Shown: piece by piece, positions 40,251 to 54,830 of the stretch | Position numbering within the stretch: position 1 is the stretch's first letter | How the letters are laid out: each line of letters opens with the position of its first letter | Source of the DNA: the human T2T-CHM13v2.0 reference genome, Homo sapiens | Direction: 5' to 3' (one strand) | NCBI RefSeq assembly: GCF_009914755.1 | Contig: NC_060944.1 | DNA: 64,000 nucleotides | Made by a program: the position numbers and the translations under genes | The notes under the pieces: generated by a model | The model's database searches: none | What the model saw: the letters and a program-made list of their open reading frames with translations, nothing else | What the model was told of the DNA's origin: nothing

Positions 40251-41269
40251 TTGTGGGATCAGTGTGGTTACTTTGCTCCCAATCCAAGGATCAGAACACA
40301 CGATGAGAGAAAGTCCAGCTATTGGAACTGGAGTGCCAAGTTGGAGCTGGACCTACAACAAAAGCTCCAAAAGCTCCTTTAAAGGGCTGATCCCATGCCT
40401 CAGCTACCTAGCTTGTACAGATGCCATGTAACTTCAGATTTGGTGACAGAAGGAATTTAAAGGCTAGAACTAGATAGGGTCTTTCAAGTTAGGCCAGCAC
40501 ACAACGTGGACTTTTGATATCATCCAGATGCTTGAACCAACCTCAGTCCTGAGGCAGAATTTCCCGTGGCATCTGATACACAGCCTGGATTTGGAGCACT
40601 CACTGGGATTAGATGCCACGGAAATATTGTTTAGGAACTCTGAAAGAGACAGGCTTCAACAAAGCAGACCTAAGCAACACATAGCGTCTGAACTTCTTTA
40701 TCAGCTTGCATTCCAGCCCACGAGGACAAAAGCATCACATACATATCCACTGTGGCAAACCTGTCCTCATTAGGGAGTTTTCCCAGAACTACTCTCCCCT
40801 CTGTTCTGAGACTACTTGCTCCTTTGTAATGTTTCTACTTTCTGTCTCACTCCCTAATAGATGATTTGTCCTCTCTGCCCGGGCCCCTAGTTCTGATATT
40901 TGGATTGTCTGCAATCTGGATACTACTTAGGAGGTAGAATCAAAGCCTTGTTGATGGGATTGGGAGTTTCTAACTTCCTATTAAAGGCACTGATTAAGCA
41001 TCTATTGTATAAAGTAAGTAAGATTATGATCCAGTAAGAAAGATTCCACAAGTAGCGCAGGAAGAATTGGTTTCTACTACACTTCATGCTTCAGGACAGG
41101 AAATCCAGAAAAAAATTCTGTGGTATGTTAAGTGTGTACTGTAAGTTTAATTTCCATGTGAAAAGCTTTAGTTAGCTAAAAAGTACATCCATGAAGAATC
41201 CTGATTAAACTTGTTTAATCCTGGTTAAACTAGGTACTAGCTAAATAATAATTTCACAACAACTCAAGA

Positions 41270-41384
41270 ACTCTGTAAAATCATTTCCTCTGAATATTTT
41301 ATTCAGAAAAAAAACACAAAAAGATAAGGCAGAAACAAAAATCCCAGTCATTTGCAGTATCTGTCAGCTTTCAATTTGGTTCTC
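41270..41384 (-). pseudogene. FRG1: FRG1-like exon 9 (stop at 41348-41350; AATAAA at 41298-41303)
   Basis: RTKLKADRYCK*; acceptor reads AA instead of AG. Confidence 0.9.
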
Positions 41385-42558
41385 TTGTTTAAACAAAGAA
41401 AAATAGTAAAATTAATCTAAGTAAAACATGCCATATATATTCAACTGCTACTAAATATAAAAAGCTTTAAAACTGTGTGTTCAATTTTGGTTACTGTATT
41501 ACCACAGCAGTTATATTAAAATATGTATACTTTCAAATTTGGTTTCGATAAAAAATGGATTCTAATCTTATATAAGTTATTTCCCAATATTCAATAAATG
41601 TTGCCTAAGGGCTTTTTCAATCCAAATAGCAATTTTAATTATTCTGGAATTTAAGGGTGCTTTAAATTTCCATTTAATAGGGTGAGAATGCTGTATTATT
41701 ACGAGTGATAAAAGTTACAGGACATAGAGGTTATTCCGTTTTAGAGTCCACATCCTGATTACATTTTATATCCTCTTCTTGATTTCTTACAACTAGATAC
41801 ATACTCATTTGCTCAGCTGGAAAAAATTCTTAACATTTACTGACTTTAGGTATGAACTCTACCAGCTAGTTAATAGGAAATATGTAATTAAACATTGCCT
41901 TTATCAAGTAATGTAAGAAAAGCATAAGAGCAACTTTGCAACATAGGAGTTGAATGAGAGGCTGGTGATTATCAAAATCTGGCACTTAATTGATTTATAC
42001 TTGCACACTCACAGCTAAACGTCTCTACCTGTTTTTCTATGTTGTAAATCTAGGACATTACTTATCTACATAGGAAGAGTAATAAATATTAATAATGTGC
42101 TATGATAAACATCCTGTACTCTTCCAAACCTTACAATAAAACTGCTTCAATTTCACTTGTTTAGCTTTTATACTTAGTTTTTTAGTTGATCTATGCTTAT
42201 TTTAAGGAACCTGAACTACTCTTACAGAATCCACATAATTTTTATATTAGTCAAACTGCTTCTTTCTAACTCTGGTTCTAATAGTTATAAAAAGATAATG
42301 ATAAATTTATGAAGTACATACAGTCAAACCTGAATTTCTTAGAATATATACTTAGAATAGGTTATAATTTTTAGATATTCTTTCTTGACAGTCTTTTCCC
42401 AAACTCATGATGTCCTCTCTAGGTAATATTGCCACACTCATAAATTAGCAATAAAGACAAAAATGTGAAAACTACAGTAATTTAAGAGAATATAGGTTTT
42501 CTACATGCCATTTCTATTGGCTACTGAAAATAGTGAAAATAAGTAAATAAATAGCTAC

Positions 42559-42666
42559 CTGTCCAGAAGCGTCTCATGCAAAAATCCATCTTTCTGAGCC
42601 TTTTTAAGAATTTTACTGTCTTCTTTACTTATTTTAAGCTTGTGGTCTTGGAAGCTCTGAAATTTT
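42559..42666 (-). pseudogene. FRG1: FRG1-like exon 8
   Basis: [35 protein letters not shown]; AG/GT intact; 108 nt, one Lys codon short. Confidence 0.93.
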
Positions 42667-42781
42667 CTGCAGAGAAAATGTCTACATTGAAAAATACCTC
42701 AAACTCTGATTATACATATTTACTATTAAATTTGTAAATACTGTTAATTTCTTTTTCACTTATTAAAAAGGTTTAATTGTA

Positions 42782-43076
42782 GGCCAGGCACAGTGGCTCA
42801 TGCCAGCAATCCCAGCACTTTGGGAGGCCAAGGCAGGCAGATCACTCGAGGTCAGAAGTTCGAGAGCAGCCTGGCCAACATGGTGAAACCCCATCTCTAC
42901 TAAAAATACAAAAATTAGCTGAGTGCAGTGGTGCGTGCCTGTAGTCCCAGCTACTCAGGAGGCTGAGGCAGGAGAATCACATGAACCTGGGAGGTGGAGG
43001 TTGCGATGAGCCAAGATCATGGCACTGCACTCCAGTCTGGGGGACAGAGCGAGACTGTCTTGGGGGAGAAAAAAAG
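42782..43076 (+). mobile_element. Alu in intron 7
   Basis: Alu dimer; TSD-like aaaag..taattgta on both sides. Confidence 0.93.
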
Positions 43077-43648
43077 TCTAATTGTATTTTTTTTAATAAG
43101 CTGGAGCTTTTGAACAAAAAAGATGACCTTCATAACCTCTCAAGAGGAGGGCCACTCATTGACTGGGTAGCAGAAGGCACCACTTCTATTAAGGCATGCT
43201 GGCTGGAGTCCCCTGTGTCCTGGCCACAGCACAGCCTTTGACTGGCATCATGCCCATTCTATGAATGAATAGAGAGATTGACTAACCCGAATGACTAGCT
43301 TTGGGAGCTGGTAGGATGATTAGGAAAACTGAACCCTCAAGAAGAGAAAAGCATTTAGCTCAGTGCTCTGTCCTAGAGGCTACATTGTGTTGCCTCTTCT
43401 TGTCCATCAGTTTTCATTTTTTCAGACAGGGTCTTGCTCTGTCACCCAGGCTGGAATGCAGTGGTGATCAGAGCTCACTGCAGCCTTGAACTCCTGGGCT
43501 AAAACAATCCTCCTGTCTCAGCCTTTCATGTAGTGGGGCCTACAGGCATGCACCACCATCCCCAGCTAATTAGGTAATTTATTTTGAAAGCACTTTGAGA
43601 AGCACTTCACTGTCAAATCTGTAGGTCTAAAAGGAAAAGCATACATAC

Positions 43649-43740
43649 ACATAATTGATTTCACATTGTTTTACATTTCCTTTGTCTTCTTCTGGAATGT
43701 CATCTTTTTTCTTGGTTTCTCTTTCAGCACAGGATCTAAT
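43649..43740 (-). pseudogene. FRG1: FRG1-like exon 7
   Basis: [30 protein letters not shown]; 92 nt; AG/GT intact. Confidence 0.95.
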
Positions 43741-45517
43741 CTAGATATTGGAAAAGAGAATCCAATGGGTTATATATTTATCTTCCATCTTCCCCACTTT
43801 ACACATCACCTAAGAATATTCGAGATGATTTCTTATGCAGAAGAAAAAATTAACTGAGCAACTATATTCAGAAAAAGACAGGTTCTGGCTATGTGTTTTT
43901 ACTTCATATATATAATCTATATGAGTAAGTGCTATCACATGCTTTCTCCACAGCCCTTGTGTCAGAAACACTACAGACAAAATTATTTCAGAAACATTTT
44001 ACACATCAGATCCTGTTAGGCAATAAAGAAATCATTAATTTAATTTTGTCCTCCAAGTGAATACACTAGGATCAAATTATCCCTAGTAGACAAGTGTTCA
44101 TTTGATCAGATTGAAAGCTTAATAGCTATTTTATATTGCACAGACTATTACCAAAGTATTAAAACTTTTAACATTACACAACTTGATTTTAATTAATTGG
44201 AACTCACCTCTTTTACTAGCTTCTTATATCCTCCTAAGTTTGGATAGATGTTTACTATCACATGTCATCAGTTAATTAATCTGCATTCAAAAATTAGGAT
44301 TGCCCACAGAACAGGCAATTGGCAATGGTAAGGAATCATGTCTCCTAAGGGATCTCTGTGGCCAGAGTCCAGTTCCAGGGCTGCTTAGACAGTGATGACA
44401 AATAACGTGTTTGTGCCAATGACATCTTTGTGACAGTTTTGATTAGAGGGGTCCCAGACCTGAAAACATTCCCTGCTAGGGCCTGTAGCACAATGCTACC
44501 TTTAGTAAGAGGGGTCTGTGTTCTGGTAGACAAGGCAAGGTCATAAAGGTGAAGGGCTGACAGAGATTAGGAGAGCCTGCAATTAAATGGTACAAAAAGA
44601 GTCCTAAATAATCACTGTTCAGAGCTTCCAAGTACTTGACTAACCAAAGAGACACAGAAAACTTTGTATTTCATCTGAAAATTGCTTTAAATAGTGAAAA
44701 ATGCAATGTTTGTGTAAGTATCTTTGTATCTTTGTATAAGTGCAAAGCACCGCACATATATTTGCAATTGTTGCCTTCAGTAACACTTTTGTGATGATAT
44801 CCAGATGAAAAATAATTTAAACATGATACAATAAAATATAAATAAGTAAAATTAAATGTAAGTCACAAACCCATCTGCATTTCCTCAATGACCTGTTTCC
44901 TGAGAAGCAATGTGCTATGAAATACTGAGAGTGGCCTCTGGAGTCAGCTGGGCCTGGGTACACATCCTGTCTTACCACACCTTGAAATCACTGTGATTTC
45001 CATGAACTGACTGACAAAAACCACGAGGATGTAAGGAGGGTCAGAGGCTGTCTTCCTGTCTGTAAGGCTGAGCTCACATCCACCTCACAGGAGCATTATG
45101 GAAATTCAAGACTACAACTCATGTGCCGGATGCATGCAACAAAAAAATATAACATTTCACTTCTCTAACTGTAAGAAAATACCTACATGTTAGATTGAAA
45201 TTGTCTGAGCTTTAGATTTGAAATTATCTGAAATCAAGACTATTCTAAAGAGAAAATCAAACATATGACCGGAAATCTAACATGAATCATGTACAGAGAA
45301 TTGATAGATGCTTTTAAATTACACTGGTAGTAGATAAAAATGTAACATAAATTTTTATGCTCTAATTATAAGAACGAAGGGCATTTTAGAAAAGGCATTT
45401 GCCCCCTCTCTTAGAGCCTTCCACTCTGGCCCCCACAACGCCTTACAGAGCAAATCTGGGTCAGACTGGATGCAACCTGGGATTCCCAACAGAGACAAAC
45501 AAAGTAAGGTTCTGGAT

Positions 45518-45965
45518 GCTCAGTACTGGGATGGAATGCCAAGACACAGAAAAGCCATGTGTCAAGAAGAGGGGAGTTATTCTTTAGACACATCCTAGTA
45601 TATGTTTATCATTAAAGATCAGTGCCTTTGCTCAGTACTGCGATGGAATGCCAAGACACAGAAAAACCATGTGTCAAGAAGGGGGGAGTTATTCTTTAGA
45701 CACAACCTGGTATATGCTTATCATTAAAGATCAGTGCCTTTGCTCAGTACTGCGATGGAATGCCAAGACACAGAAAAACCATGTGTCAAGAAGGGGGGAA
45801 TTATTCTTTAGACACATCCTGGTATATGTTCATCATTAAAGATCAGTGCCTTTGCTCAGTACTGCGATGGAATGCCAAGACACAGAAAAACCATGTGTCA
45901 AGAAGGGGGGAGTTATTCTTTAGACACATCCTGGTATATGTATATCATTAAAGATCAGTGGCTTT
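45518..45965 (+). repeat. 4 x 112-bp tandem repeat in FRG1-like intron 6
   Basis: gctcagtactg..gatggaatgccaagacacagaaaa unit starts at 45518, 45630, 45742 and 45854. Confidence 0.96.
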
Positions 45966-47276
45966 TGTGAGTCTAAAAAATTAATCCTTAAATGTTTTCA
46001 TCAAGTTCCAGTTAACTACCTTAATTTTCTAGGTTATATTAACAGTATTACTTGGATTTTCACCTTGATATGAAGATGTCTGTGTAACTTTTACAATGAT
46101 GTAAAACAAAGAGTAGGATTAGGGAGAGCACAGGCCACTGGTGCAATGGATAACGCATCTGACTATGGATGAGGGAATTTAGCCTGGAATAAGGAACTTT
46201 TATTTCCAGGTTAGTGTTGCACACAAATTTTAAAAATAAAATAAAAATCATGTTTTACGTGATTCATGTTTCTCCTAATGCAAAGAAGACAGGTACTATT
46301 AATAAAAATATTTTTAAAATGTAAGGGCTAAGGCCCCAGAAGTTCTGCTATGATTTTTTATGTTTCATAGAGTGATTATCATCACAGAAGCTCAAGCATT
46401 ATGTAAATACAAACACGTATGCCCTGACCTGGTATTTCTGTTCCTGGAAATTTATCTTCAGGTCCACCCGCACATCTACAAATTGATGCATATTCAATGT
46501 TATGTACTGCAGCACTGTTTATAAGAGCAAAAGACTGAAAAAAGCCTAAATTTCCATCTACAAAAGACTAAATAAATTAAGGTACATCCCTAAAATGGAA
46601 TATTACGTGGCTGTTAATAAAGAGAGAGAGAGAAAGAGAGGAAAAGCAAGACAAAGAGAAACCTTTCTACATTCAAACTAATAGTAGAAAACTCTCCAAG
46701 ATACAATTTTAAGGAAAAAAAAAATCAAAGTCGAGAAGACTATAGAGGAGGTTGCCTTTAGTGTAAAACAGTTGAAAATTATAAATATATTCATATGTTT
46801 ATAAAGAAACTTTAGGAGGCTATAAAAAAACAAAACAAAGGGAAAGAGGAACAGGAGCTGGGACACAGGTGAGTAAGATGCATGGCAGGCATATATCTTC
46901 ATCTTTATATGCTTTTATTTAAAAATGTTGGACCACATGTACATGTTATCTATTTAAAAAATCAGATTTTAAAATACAAACAAGAAAACAAGAAAATGAA
47001 AGCTTAAAAAGAGCATGTGGAACTACCAGAAAAAAGATACTAATCCATGGAGATAATGGCAAGGTAGCTCCTAGATGCACTGATTTCTCTACCACATTGT
47101 ATAAACAAGCCATCAACTATGGGATTTATAATTAAAAATGAGTCTATTTGAAACATCACATTATAAAAGCTATTAACTAAATCTTTAAAGTGACAGTAAA
47201 TGATGACTTAACATTTTAAAGAGATAGTCACATTGCATGTGTGAATGCAGTCATCTGTATAAAATGTCATCGTTAT

Positions 47277-47381
47277 CTTGATCATTTCTTCTTCTCCTGC
47301 TGTTTTACCTTTTGCTTCTATGTCCCCTGTTTCATTACATCTAATAAAGCAGCTATTTGAGGCCAACAAAGCCATTTTACC
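47277..47381 (-). pseudogene. FRG1: FRG1-like exon 6
   Basis: [35 protein letters not shown]; 105 nt; donor reads AT instead of GT. Confidence 0.93.
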
Positions 47382-49647
47382 CTAAGTGAAACAAAATAAC
47401 AATATAGCCATGAGGATACTTCTTGTAGAAGAAACATTAAGTGTTTAGACTGAATTAATTTTTCCTCCCTGATTTAAAAATCACAGAAAAGAACTTAGAG
47501 AAAAACCTGAAAAATATAATACAAGAACATATAGAAAAGGGAACCAAAATCAACTTTCATTTTACTATTCAAAGATTACCACAATAAACATTTATAATGT
47601 ATCTTCCTAGTAGGACTAAATTCTAATTAGATGAGGTAGGATTGCTTCCTTTCTAAAAGATCTACTGAAGATAAAACTGATTTAGTTCTGTTTGGAAAAT
47701 TAACTTTAAAGACAAGAACATAATTATGAATGCATACTTTATTCAAATATTAACATTTTAAGTAAAATTTATTTTCTTCACAATTAGAAAACATGAAAAT
47801 GTATATACAATGCCTTCGGTGTTTGGAATTTAAGAATCAATGTCTGAGGGACTTTTGTGTGTGAAAATAAATATTCATATACATTTTTAATTGTTTAATA
47901 TTTGATGTATTACACTGGTTTCTATTAAACAAAACTTTAAAAACTGATTTTCTTGTGTAGCTAAATCTGGGTTATAAATTTGGTTAGCTTAACTCCCGTA
48001 ACAAATATAACGTTTATTTATAACTTGTATTTGGTTGATTCTTTTGGAAAACTTGGAATACCATAACATTTAGACAAAATATTTATAAATACAATGATTA
48101 CAAAATATGTTAACCTTATAACACATCCAGTTAAAAACGTGCTGATAACATGGATTTAATTTCTTAGTCAAGTCACAAGGGCTGGGTGGTCTCTCATCTG
48201 GATGGCTACTGGTGAGCTCTGGAACATGGCGGTGTGGTCCAAGGCGATTTAAACCTGTGCCACAGATTATTCAGCTGAGTCCTTTTTGCAATAGAGTTTT
48301 AAGACCCTCTTTCATTTAAATTTAAATTTTTGAAACTTAGTGTCCTTCCTAAAAATAAAATGAAATGAACTTTCCTAAAGTGTTGTATTATTAGTACTAT
48401 CTAAGTCATCATCCTGGCCTTATGAAATATTGGCATTTTCTACTGGTGTAACTTTTATTAGAAGCATCTCATCATAATAAGTAGAATCATCTCAAAGGGG
48501 TTGCAACACATTAGCAGGTAATGAAATCAATGTAGTGTTTCCTGAACGGTATTGGGTGGGTGGGGGCGAAAAGGAATACACACAGACACACAGAGGAAGG
48601 GGTAAAAGAGAATAAGAAATATCAAGGTTCATAACACATGGATAAGTATGTATTGTTAAGTACAACTCTTGCTTCAGTTATACATATGTGTGTGCTGGGC
48701 TGCAATGTAAAAATGCATTTGTCAATGGATTGGGTCAAAATAGTTTTCAAGTCACCGACTTAAGATTTTATCCTAGGGGATGAGGAAATTAGTCTAAGTG
48801 ATTACCACTTTCTGGTGGGATGTTTGTTTAATCTGTCATCTTAGAAAACACTGCTGAGTACCTATTTTCAGTTCATTATTGTATACTACCAAAGCTGCTA
48901 CTCAAAGCTGAGATTATCTTCTATTTGCTTGTTCTGCGTGGTGCCCACTGGTCCTTACTGTTTTTGATATAGTTATCTACTTTTTAAAGACAGTTTAGCA
49001 CTCATATATTTTTGTTCAATCTTTTCTTCTCACACAAACAGAAAAAGGAAATTATGTATTCTGTATCAACAAAGATTTAACAAAACATCCATATACTACA
49101 ATTGTTTACTTACTAAAATTAAGAATTAGTATATTATCTTTTTTCTTCTTATATTAAAACTATCTTTTCATACACTATTTTAAGCTTATGAACTGAAAGT
49201 CTTTTAGAGATAATTTACTTCAATGAACTATTATTATTTATATTTTATACGCAAATTGTCACAACTTGGTCTTAGCTAGCTCCACTGTTTACTTGCAGTC
49301 TGTAATGTTTCTGAAATCATCCATGTTTTCTGCTACAAAGAAGATACTTAGGAACTATTCTGTTTTCCTACTCTGTGACCTAAAATTGACTGGTTCTTCA
49401 GTGGAAATGAGATCCATACCTAGGCACTAAGGGTATAGAGAAATAATTGTGGGCAAAAGTACTAATGCTATTTTTGTTGCACTACATTTTGAAATCTCTT
49501 TAAGGCTGTATGTTCTTAGTGGTTTATTCCAATTTAATGTATTATACTACTGCATCCTACTTTTTCTTTTTAAATATATTATGATTTACTGTTACAGACT
49601 TTGTGTTAAACTGACAGGAAGTTTTTATAAACAAAAACAGCACTTAC

Positions 49648-49762
49648 ATTTTGAAAGACTGGTTCCCATTGTTCTCTTGGTCCAATTGCAACTGAACGCC
49701 CAACAACAAGTTCATCTGAATTTATACCAAGATATTTTCCATAGCCAGATTTCAGGGTGATT
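49648..49762 (-). pseudogene. FRG1: FRG1-like exon 5
   Basis: [38 protein letters not shown]; 115 nt; AG/GT intact. Confidence 0.95.
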
Positions 49763-49907
49763 CTGTACATTAATAAGATAGATAAAAGTTAAAAACTGAG
49801 AGAAAATTAATTATAGAACATCAAAACAGGACATGTGTATGTGTGTGGGTGTGTACATATCTAAAGTTTCAGACTGGACATATTCCAAGAGTTCAAAAGA
49901 TGCATGT

Positions 49908-50204
49908 GGCTGAGTGGTGACTCACTCCTGTAATCTCTGTGCTTTGGAAAGGCAAGGGGAGAATTGCTTGAGGCAAGAAGTTCAAGATCAGCCTGGACAA
50001 CATAGTGAGACCCCATCTTTACAAAAAATTTAAAAAGTTAGCTGGGCATGGTGGTGTGCACATGTAATACTGGCTACTTAGGAGGCTGATGCAGGAGGAG
50101 TGCTTGAGCCCAGAAATTTGAGGTTATATTGAGCTATGATCACACCACTGCCCTCCAGCCTGGGTGACAGATTGAGACTCTGTGTCTTCAAAAAAAAAAA
50201 AAAA
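49908..50204 (+). mobile_element. Alu (J-like) in intron 4
   Basis: Alu dimer with A tail. Confidence 0.92.
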
Positions 50205-51549
50205 GCTACATGTGACTAGTTGTTGCCATATTGGATGGTACAGTTTTACATTTAGTTTTATATTTTGCTTTTTTAATAAAAACATTATACCTTGTATATT
50301 ACATAACAAATATTTTCAAAATTCATCATTCTTCAATTATACCTCTTTAGTTATAAACTTCAATAATAAATTACTAAAACTTTATGTCATCAAACTGTTT
50401 TCCAGAAAATGCTGCTTCCATTTACATTCTTACCTCAAATTAGCAGAGTATGGTTTGTATCATGGATTTTTTTTAAACATTATGACTCTAAAAAAATACT
50501 TGAAAACCTAATATGGAAAAAAACAGTATCCTACTAATTTGCATTTTAGTAGTTAACTAGAATAACAATTGTTTCTCTTTTCCTTTCCTTTTTAGTTTTT
50601 AGATTATCTGATAATGTCCTTTGTCCATTTTTCTATTCAGATTTGATTGTTCGCAATTTTTCTACTGGGGTCTTCAGTGCTATGAATTCTATACAAGATA
50701 TGTATGAAGAGTAAGAACTCACTGCCTATTAAGATTGTTGCAAATATTTTCTCATTTGTCAGTTAATTTTCTTTATAATCCTTTTTTGTTTATAACTGTA
50801 AAGCAGTTTAAAACTATTGAATCTTTCTTCCTCTGCTTTTATTCTTTCACCCTACTTATCAGACTTTCAAAGAAAGTATAGAAATAATCATCTTAATGTG
50901 ATGTTTTAAAATTATGATTTCTTTTACCTTACCAAGAATCTCCTCGGATGCCAGAATTGACTTTTACTCCTTTATACATTAATGATTATATAACAGAAAT
51001 CATTATCATGTTGATGTAACCAATTACTAAAATATGTAAATTCACTTTCAGTATCTTTTACCCAAAGAATCATTCTATACTTCTGCACAAGGTGAGAATA
51101 AAAAAGGTTACTTTATAAAATGACTGTAAAAATAGTGAGTAAAAATATTCTTTTGGTCGTTATGATGCTGTAACATTCTCTGCTGGTTTTAACAATATTC
51201 CTTTTTTTTAGTCTTCCTGTTTGTCTTTAGACTTCCAAACAGTGAGTTTAAATATCATAGCAACAGTGAACCAGGTTTTGTACAAATTTATTTATTTTTT
51301 AATTTATCTTATTTGGTGTGTGAAATTATTAATCTTCATTTTTTAACTTACATATCTTTTTTCCAGCCTAGCATTATATATTGATAAGAAATCCACTGAA
51401 AGTAGATCACAAAATCTACTTTTCAAAAAAGCTATTTTGTTTTATATATCAAAATTACCATGGACTTAAGATACATACTAAAATTTTTAATGAATACAAT
51501 TAAATTTTTAAAATAACTGGTTACTAATTATATTACAATATAAGTTCAA

Positions 51550-51607
51550 CTGGAATCAGATAATTTGACAGCCATAAACTGCTCTGGAGGACTAGGGCCC
51601 TCATCAA
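51550..51607 (-). pseudogene. FRG1: FRG1-like exon 4
   Basis: DEGPSPPEQFMAVKLSDS; 58 nt; donor reads TT instead of GT. Confidence 0.93.
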
Positions 51608-52388
51608 CTATTGGAGAAAAAACATTTGAAAATAAATTTGACATTTGCTATAAATATAAAGATATTATTTTGCTTTAAAAAATGTGGCTATTTTCTTCTG
51701 CAATTAAATGTAAGAATATTCAGATATACTGATGTCACCGTAATACTGTATCTTTGGAATCAAGATTTATTTTACCTTCTTGTAACTACAGTGTTAATTT
51801 TATACACTGAGTAAGACAGGGTGATATAATGCTTATTTAATAACTTTCGAGATAGCTTCTCTTTATGTTTTAAAATACAGTCATAAATAACCACTTATTT
51901 AAAAAAGCTAAATGCTTTCATTTATTCAATGGATGGCCTTGCTGATGAAATGATACTGCTTTTTATCTTCTAATTACTTCGTATCTCATTAGTGCTTTCT
52001 CTAATGGGCTAAAGAAAATGAAGAAACTTCAAATTGTTAAATGCACCCAGGTTAGTTTTGGTAATAGGTCTGAATAAAAAAGAAATTCAAATATGTTTGA
52101 CCCAAATAGGTTTTCTTTTTTCTTTCCACTTACTATTTTAATTATTCATATTGTTTTGATTTCCAAAGATACTCTTCTGGAACCATACGGAATGTTTTCA
52201 AATGCTTATATTAGAAAGAGGGACTTGCCAATGGCTGGTAAATATTAAGGAATTAAAAAAAATGGAAGAGTCAAATGCAATGGTTCCATTCCTTTGGAAA
52301 ATGTTTGAGACTAGTTAGAGTTTGGCCTAAGTGAATGAATGTCCTAAAATCTACACTTGTGGCAGGATCTTCCCTTCCAGACACAAAC

Positions 52389-52514
52389 CTTCTTTGTGTG
52401 GAGCTCCCAGGGTAAAAATACCATTGTCGAGTACATGTATATAGGTTCCCTCATCCATTTCAATGGCTATGGTTCCTGAAATTTCACCAAAGTTTGTTAC
52501 TGTTCACCAGATTC
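52389..52514 (-). pseudogene. FRG1: FRG1-like exon 3
   Basis: IW*TVTNFGEISGTIAIEMDEGTYIHVLDNGIFTLGAPHKE; 126 nt; TGG>TGA nonsense change. Confidence 0.95.
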
Positions 52515-53161
52515 CTAAAAAATAAAAATGATATTTCAATTTTTTATTTTAGTTTTGACAGAGTTCTTTGTTATTATAACTTAGTTTTAAAAACCTTTTA
52601 TTTTGCAGTCATAAGAAATACTATGAAGATCTCACATATCCTTTACTCGCTTTGTCTCAATGATAACATATTGCATAAGTATCATACATTGTTAGAATCA
52701 GGAAACTGACATTGATATAATACATGAAGCTTATTCAGATTTCACCAGTTTTACATGTACTTGTTTGCATGTATGTGCACAGATTCCTGCGACTACCAGC
52801 ACAGTCAGGATTAGGTTTTTAAAATACACAATAGCAACATACAGTCAGGTATGGGGGTGCATGTCTGTAATCCCAGCTACTCGGGGAGGTGTGAAAGAGG
52901 ATCACTTGAGCCCAGGAGTTCAAGGTTATAGTGAGCTATGATCACACCACTGCACTCTAGCCTGAGTGACAGAGCAAGGTCCTATCTCAAAAAAAGACCA
53001 AAACAAAACAAAAGGCAACATGTGAAGGTACAAAGTGATATATGGAGAACGGTCTCTCTCATGATAGACCCCAGCCATCTATTCATGCCTGCTTTCCAGA
53101 GGCAATGCCTATCATAATGCTTCTTAAAAATGCCTCTACAGGAAGACTTTCTAGCATAGTA

Positions 53162-53461
53162 TTTTTTTTTTTTTTTTTTTGAGATGGAGTCTCGCTCTGT
53201 CGCCCAGAGTGGAATGCAGTGACGCAATCTTGGCTCACTGCAACCTCCACCTCCTGGGTTCAAACAATTCTCTGCCTAGCTTCCCAAGTAGCTGGGGTTA
53301 CAAGAGCCTGCCACCATGCCCGAATAATTTTTTTTGTATTTTTAGTAGAGACGGGGTTTCACCACATTGGCCAGGCTGGTCTTGAACTCCTGACCTCGTG
53401 TTCCACCTGCCTCTGCCTCCCAAAGTGCTGGGATTAGAGGTGTGAGCCACCACACCCAGCC
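53162..53461 (-). mobile_element. Alu in intron 2
   Basis: Poly-T followed by an antisense Alu. Confidence 0.93.
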
Positions 53462-54064
53462 AGTAATCTTAATTATGATTTTAGATTGAAAGCAAAATGA
53501 GCAGAATCTATGTCTATGTATACTAATGTCCAATTTGCCAATAGAAATGTTAGAGTCTAGCAACCATTATTTTAGCAGTTGTTATAAAAGTTTATATCTT
53601 AATGTTAAAAAATATCCTCAAAACTCCTCCTAAATTGTACTTTAACTAGAGTAGAAATGAGTCAATCATTAACTGGATATGACATATTAAGGAATTCTTG
53701 TTAATTTTACAAGGTCTGATAATGACATAGTATAATGTATAAAAGTAAAGAACAAAACAGGTGATGAGAGAAAGACATACCACATTAAGAAATGTACATT
53801 TATGAACTTATGGGTAAAATGATGTAATATATGTGATTTTACTTAAAATTTTCTAGGAAAAACGTGTGTGGGGGTATGTATGTAAACGAAACGAGATTGG
53901 CAAAATATTGATATTTAATGGTGGGGCCTGGGCACATGGGGGACTCATTATATTCTTCTATGTATGGATTAGTTTGGATATTTCCATAATAAAAAGGTTT
54001 TAAAGATTCAATTAATTCCACTGCACAAAATTTTCTATTCAACTAAACATTTCATGCTTTTCAT

Positions 54065-54830
54065 AATCAATTTTAAAATACATAAAATTTTAGCTAAAAT
54101 GAAGTTGGATCCTTGTCTAACACCAAATACAAAAAGTAACTTAAAATAGACAAAAGACCTAAATGTAAGAGCTAAAGTTAGAAAACTTTTAGAAGAAAAT
54201 GGGAAAAGCTTCACGACAATGAATTTGGCAATGATTCCTTATATAGAACATCAAAGGCACAGGCAACAAAAGAAAACGTAGACAAACTGGACTTCATCAG
54301 AATTAAAAACTTTTGTGCATCAAGAACCACTGTCAACAGAGTAAAAGGCAACCCGGAGAATGGAGAAAATATTTGTAAACTACATACATTATAAGGAATT
54401 AATATCTAGACTATATAGAGAACTCCAGAAAGACAAATACCACAATTCAAAACTGGGCAAAGGATATATACGGACATTGCTCCAAAGATGATATACAAAT
54501 GGCCAATAAGCACTTGAAAAGACGCTCAACATCACTAGTCACTAGGGAAATATAAATCAAAAACATAATGCAATACCACTTCACACCCATTAGAATGCTA
54601 TTATCAAAACAAACAAAAAACAGAAACCAAGAAAACCAGAAAAACAAATGTTGGGCAGGATGTGGGAAATTGAAACCCTGTGCAATGCTGGTTGGAAGGT
54701 AAAATGATGCATGTATTCAAATGCCACTGAAGTGTATACGTAAAAATAGAAAAACTGGCAAATTCAATATTCTGTATATTTTACCTCCACACACACACAA
54801 AACCAATGGAGAAAAAGAAAATTAATCAAA
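54065..54830 (+). mobile_element. Old L1M 3' fragment
   Basis: Degenerate ORF2 3' sequence (aaactggacttcatcagaattaaaaacttttgtgc). Confidence 0.75.
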
